Shown: positions 59,514-64,000 of the stretch, one piece after another | Layout of the letters: each line of letters opens with the position of its first letter | Position numbering within the stretch: the first letter of the stretch is position 1 | Program-made: the position numbers and the translations under genes | The notes under the pieces: model-generated | Seen by the model: only the letters and a program-made list of their open reading frames with translations | Told to the model about the DNA's origin: nothing | The model's database searches: none | Origin: Candidatus Poribacteria bacterium | GTDB lineage: Bacteria; Poribacteria; WGA-4E; UBA9662 | Reading direction: 5' to 3' | Assembly: GCA_046582655.1 (NCBI GenBank) | Contig: JAYGDX010000063.1 | Location: forward strand, 1-64,000 | Length of the DNA: 64,000 nucleotides

Positions 59514-62500
59514 TGATTGGGCATAAACCGAACCTATTGGCTTTTACGCTTTTCATTGTTTTTTTTTGCAATTCCATAGCCAAATCGGAATTGATAATAA
59601 CTGTCCTTGATCAAACCGGAAGACCAATTTTTCCAGTTCGAGTTCAAATCTTTCCTAATGAGCTCAATCCGGATAATGAAGTTGAACCTATTTCCCCACC
59701 AAGCCCACGCGCTGATGGACTCATTGGCTTTGTCACAGATTCAAATGGCAGGGTGAAAGCCGATCTGACGAATGGCAATTATAGTATTGTTGCATCACCT
59801 GACCTTGATTCTGGAAATATCCGCCAAAGTTTTTTAATCATAAAGAATGTTTCAGCACCAGGAAAAGCAACGCTTTTCACTAACCAGGCGGTACCAGTAA
59901 CCGTTTCAGCAATTGGTAAAGACCCGTATGTAGGTTCCCTAGGGCCGCTTATTGCTGCCCGTGTTTACTTTAGAGCTAGCAAACGCGCAGTTGGATATGT
60001 TGGCACTTTAAATAACGATGGTCAGTTGCTAACCTCAATTTCACCAGGGAACTACCATATTGTGATAAAGGGATCGATTGCTTTACATTACGTTGTACTA
60101 CAGAACAAGCAGATCTCAGAGATACAGAATACAGTTACTTTTGATGGTTCACAAACGCCAACTGCTAGCCTTGCGTTTAAACTCCCTGAAAATACTGTGC
60201 TGGTTCTAAACGAGGTACTGTCAACAAATGTCTCTCACGAGTTCATCGACATCATTGAGAATCAGATTGGCTATGATGCTGCTTACACTGATTCCTTCTC
60301 TCTTGCTTTTAGCGACTCTTCCCCTACACTACAACTCATTCCTGATTTAATTTATCAGTTCAACCTGAGTTATATTATTGATTTTAATGGAGAACTTTAT
60401 GCCTATGAACTTCGGGTTAATGATTTTCAGATTGATCACCCTCGAACCTATACACTTGGTAATTCTGGTAATTCACCATTTAAGTTGCAATCATCGACAC
60501 CTTCTCAGACCTATCATCCAGGTGATGAGGTACAGGTTGAGTTCGACATTCGAGACACCCTTGGCAATCAGCTATGGCGTGTGTTTAACTATTCAGGTGC
60601 GCGACTCGTTTTTCCTTTCGTGGTTGTGCAAGATCCAAACGGAATTGTCATTGCTAGCAATCAGATAACTAACGAGCTACCAGAAGATTTTTTTTATTTT
60701 GATTTCCTTCTCCCTCTGACAACCCAACCCGGTGTGTATCGTGTAGATGTGAGTTTGGATGGAAAACTTTATGGCAAGATGAACGACTATTTTCACTTCA
60801 GCGTAATTCCAAAAATCACATCAAATCCGCCGATTATTTCCGATGTTAGTGCTCCAACTGAAATCCAATCGAATGGCACTATCCAAATCGCCGCTGACAT
60901 TCAGGGCTCAAGCTTTAACAATATTTCACTCAAGTTATCCAACCGATTTGGTAAGACGGATTTCTTACCCACTGGTGCCCATAAAGATCGATATTCATGG
61001 CAAATCGATCCGATTACCTATCAAAGCTATGGTGAAAGCATTAATTGGCAAATTGCAGCTATTAATTCACATGGCCTGCAATCTAAAAAAAATGGTCAAA
61101 TTACTGTAGTCCAAGCTGATCCGCTGATAATTTCACCCTCTTTGTCTGGAGACAAAATTCAGCTTTCAATTGATGAGAAACAAGTTGATCCGGTGTTAAT
61201 TCCTGTAGGTTCCGTACAGGAATTCTATATTGACGGTAAAAACCCAATTTGGAATGTCAGTAGCGGCATTGGCACAATAGATCAGGACGGGAAATTTTAT
61301 TCACATACGGAAGCTGAACGATTCGGACAGGTGTCAGCAACGTTGCTTGTTTCATCTAACGAACTTGGCCGGCTTGTCCAAGCTTCAATAAATATCAAAC
61401 TAGTTCCTACTGGCGCCAGTCAATTGTCAATAAATCCACATCCGAAAATTGTGCTTGTTGCAGGTGATAAAAGAGAATTTCAAGTAACCTCTGCCGATGT
61501 CTTTGGCAACAAAATCAAGATGTTGATAAACCGAATTCATTGGCACGTTGATGGTAATATCGGTGAGGTAACCAATAATATACTCTTTGCTCAGAAAATC
61601 GGGAACGGACGGGTCACTGCCATTTATGAGAATTTGACAGCTTCGATAGGGATCGAGGTCGTTGTTGGAGATTTAAAGTCAATTGAAATCTTACCAGAAA
61701 CTATTAAACTGCGCGCGGGCGAAGTTCAAAAGTTGAAGGCGACCGCCAAAGATATGCGAGGAAATCAGGTTGAAGTTAATCCAATATGGTCAGTTGATGG
61801 CGGATTAGGAATTATTCGCAATAATACTTTCATCGCAAAAAATGCGGGTGAAGGAAAAATTTCGGCTACAATTTTCAATCTGATGGTAGCGATTCGAGCC
61901 ATAGTCATACCAAATAATCTGCATAATATCACAATCGATCCGTTCATCTCTTACCTGCCGGTATCGAACGATAAAATGACATATACTTATAAGTTTGTGG
62001 CACAAGGCTGGGATGTCGCGGGAAACCCGGTATCAATTCAAAATAACAGATGGGTTGTTGACACAGCAGCTGGCGTCATTAACCCCGATGGGCTGATGAC
62101 ATCAATTAACCAAGCTAATTCCCAGACTCTTGGCCATATCGTAATCAACGGTACCATATGGTCTTACGGCCAAACGATAAATGGACAAGAGGCGGCAGCC
62201 GGTAAAGGCGTTGTTGTTATACAAAGTAGTGTTCCCGGCCCAGCACAGAGCTTAGCTATTACACTAAATAATTTTGATCAAATCATAGGACGCTATACTA
62301 TTGCCGTTGGTAAATCTCAAAATTTTGAAGCTATCGGTCTCGATCGGAAGAATCAGCGGACGCAGATTCTTCCGAGATGGTCAGTAAACGGTGACATAGG
62401 TATCATCAATCCCAGTGGTAACTTCACCGCCACACGTCTTGGAATAGGAACTATCATCGCTACAAACGTCGGTCTTACAACTCAGGTCCAGGTTAAGGTA

Positions 62501-64000
62501 ACACCCGGAATTTTGGATCGACTTGTTCTTAACCCTCCTTATCTTTCTATGCAAGTCGGTGAAAGCTATAATTTATCAATATCCGGCTTTGACGCATCAG
62601 GAAATTCCGTTCCTGTCGATCAACATCAATTGACATGGTCAATTAATCCCCAAGCTATCATCATTGATCAGAATGGGCAGTTAACAGCAAAGGCTGCAAA
62701 AACAACAAAGGTTAAGGCAGAAATAGGCGACCGCAACGCAATTACACAAATCTTTATCAAACCTGATCCAACACCTAGCTTAGTAAATTTCACGCCTGTG
62801 GCGACAATGACGGTTGCTATCCCCAGCGTCCCGACCATGAAGTTTTCGATGCCGCCCAATCCGAATCTAAAAACCGAAAAGTTGATTATCATTCCTCAGG
62901 AACCAATAGAACTGCAAGTCGGTGACACACAAGATTTTCATGTGATCGCGATCTTTTGGAATGCAGAATTAACAAAAAAAGAAATTCATCCAATTCCCGC
63001 TTTTTGGCAGGTTTCAACCGGATTAGGAACCATAGACGCCAACGGACGTTTTGTTGCCCGCAGCCCTGGGGCCGGCGAAGTCCGAGCAACAAATGGAAGC
63101 ATGAGTGTCACTCAATTAATGGCAGTTAAAGCCGATAGAATATTTCTAAATAGATCTATACCGATAGCCTCGCACATTGTCAGCTGGAAAGTTACCGGTG
63201 ACAGTACTGTACGTGCGGGAGATCAATTGCAACTGGCAGCGTTTGGCCAAACAGCTAGTGGAAAGGTTCAATACATCCGCCCAACTTATGAAATATTCGC
63301 AGGGAAAAACATCGGGCACATTTCAACAGACGGAATCTTCTATGCCAACCAAACTGGAATAGGACGAATTATCGCACAGATACCTGGGAATCCCGTTCTA
63401 CCATCTCAACGCATTTCAATCGAAGTTGTGCCAAATCGTCCAATCTTTGCCCAACTCGAACCTAACCAAGTTATCAATAAAGGAAATGAAACTGATAATA
63501 CCCAATTTAGGCTGATAGCGTTTGATCTATATGGAAACCGCACTAAATTGCCTGAAATACCGGTAGCTTGGGATGTCATTGGAGACGTAGGTATCATTTC
63601 GACTAGTGGTGTTTTTAGTCCCAAAACAGATATCAATCTCGACCAAGTAGGAGAAGTGATTGCAACCATTGATGAAGCGAACTTAGTAGCTAGAGCACAG
63701 ATCCGACATTATGTATCTACAAATCAAGTAGTTCAAGTTCAAGTTGAACCGGATAAAATCAACTTATTCCCCGGCGCAAGTTTCCAATTCCATTTGATCA
63801 CCCAAGACCTTAAGAAACACCTAGTCGAAACAAAACCAGTATGGAAAATAATCGGCGAAGGGCTGATCAGTGATGATGGTTGGCTAACAGTTAATCAAGA
63901 TGCCGCAATTGGCAAAACTATTCAAGTCATTGGCATAGGAAGTGGGCCTAACTGGAAGTATTCATCTACAGCGCAAGTTACCGTAAAAGCCATGCCGCTT
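59513..64000 (+). CDS. Very large secreted Ig-like (Big_2-type) repeat protein, partial (runs off the window)
   Basis: ATG overlapping the upstream stop; signal peptide MIGHKPNLLAFTLFIVFFC. The same frame reads as protein at 59.5, 61.7 and 63.96 kb. Repeats such as IEILPETIKLRAGEVQKLKATAKDMRGNQVEVNPIWSVDGGLGII. Absent from the track, consistent with no in-window stop. Confidence 0.85.
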   Translation, partial: MIGHKPNLLAFTLFIVFFCNSIAKSELIITVLDQTGRPIFPVRVQIFPNELNPDNEVEPISPPSPRADGLIGFVTDSNGRVKADLTNGNYSIVASPDLDSGNIRQSFLIIKNVSAPGKATLFTNQAVPVTVSAIGKDPYVGSLGPLIAARVYFRASKRAVGYVGTLNNDGQLLTSISPGNYHIVIKGSIALHYVVLQNKQISEIQNTVTFDGSQTPTASLAFKLPENTVLVLNEVLSTNVSHEFIDIIENQIGYDAAYTDSFSLAFSDSSPTLQLIPDLIYQFNLSYIIDFNGELYAYELRVNDFQIDHPRTYTLGNSGNSPFKLQSSTPSQTYHPGDEVQVEFDIRDTLGNQLWRVFNYSGARLVFPFVVVQDPNGIVIASNQITNELPEDFFYFDFLLPLTTQPGVYRVDVSLDGKLYGKMNDYFHFSVIPKITSNPPIISDVSAPTEIQSNGTIQIAADIQGSSFNNISLKLSNRFGKTDFLPTGAHKDRYSWQIDPITYQSYGESINWQIAAINSHGLQSKKNGQITVVQADPLIISPSLSGDKIQLSIDEKQVDPVLIPVGSVQEFYIDGKNPIWNVSSGIGTIDQDGKFYSHTEAERFGQVSATLLVSSNELGRLVQASINIKLVPTGASQLSINPHPKIVLVAGDKREFQVTSADVFGNKIKMLINRIHWHVDGNIGEVTNNILFAQKIGNGRVTAIYENLTASIGIEVVVGDLKSIEILPETIKLRAGEVQKLKATAKDMRGNQVEVNPIWSVDGGLGIIRNNTFIAKNAGEGKISATIFNLMVAIRAIVIPNNLHNITIDPFISYLPVSNDKMTYTYKFVAQGWDVAGNPVSIQNNRWVVDTAAGVINPDGLMTSINQANSQTLGHIVINGTIWSYGQTINGQEAAAGKGVVVIQSSVPGPAQSLAITLNNFDQIIGRYTIAVGKSQNFEAIGLDRKNQRTQILPRWSVNGDIGIINPSGNFTATRLGIGTIIATNVGLTTQVQVKVTPGILDRLVLNPPYLSMQVGESYNLSISGFDASGNSVPVDQHQLTWSINPQAIIIDQNGQLTAKAAKTTKVKAEIGDRNAITQIFIKPDPTPSLVNFTPVATMTVAIPSVPTMKFSMPPNPNLKTEKLIIIPQEPIELQVGDTQDFHVIAIFWNAELTKKEIHPIPAFWQVSTGLGTIDANGRFVARSPGAGEVRATNGSMSVTQLMAVKADRIFLNRSIPIASHIVSWKVTGDSTVRAGDQLQLAAFGQTASGKVQYIRPTYEIFAGKNIGHISTDGIFYANQTGIGRIIAQIPGNPVLPSQRISIEVVPNRPIFAQLEPNQVINKGNETDNTQFRLIAFDLYGNRTKLPEIPVAWDVIGDVGIISTSGVFSPKTDINLDQVGEVIATIDEANLVARAQIRHYVSTNQVVQVQVEPDKINLFPGASFQFHLITQDLKKHLVETKPVWKIIGEGLISDDGWLTVNQDAAIGKTIQVIGIGSGPNWKYSSTAQVTVKAMPL

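Noticed and set aside
60378..63669. Small ORFs listed in the track in the last 4 kb
   Set aside because: They overlap the single long plus-strand frame starting at 59513, which explains the region.

Overview
Bacterial chromosomal window, most likely from Candidatus Poribacteria. This is inferred from two LamG proteins ending in the 'GK(L/V)TT(T/V)WAKI' tail and a secreted protein ending in an 'NYPNPFNPETWIPFQL...GIYFYRI' FlgD-Ig/CTD domain. Bases 1 to ~8.9 kb form a mosaic accessory island. It holds an IS30 remnant, many broken genes and only two clearly intact cargo genes (a beta-helix protein and a Zn-alcohol dehydrogenase). The island is punctuated by a recurring ~30-bp AT-rich dyad (arm-8/9 bp spacer-arm), and the IS30 end sits in the middle of one copy. 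Bases 8.9-64 kb are mostly core genome: a cohesin/dockerin/CTD surface-protein operon divergent from an adjacent PorY-PorX-like two-component pair, then rng-rplU-rpmA-obgE-proB, a ferredoxin, a cold-shock + tandem Hfq/Sm-like fusion protein, murF, htrA, trkAH and the rimP-nusA-infB-rbfA-nrnA-truB-ribF-rpsO-pnp cluster. Further on are an Omp85, an orphan ECF ATPase, a GT2 + radical SAM pair, an ackA lacking catalytic arginines, a HEAT protein and a very large Ig-repeat ORF that runs off the window. Two pseudogenes missing from the ORF track (DUF503 and a sulfite-oxidase-like Mo protein) lie in the core region. No rRNA, tRNA or CRISPR array was seen. All family calls are from motif recognition by eye; no searches were run.
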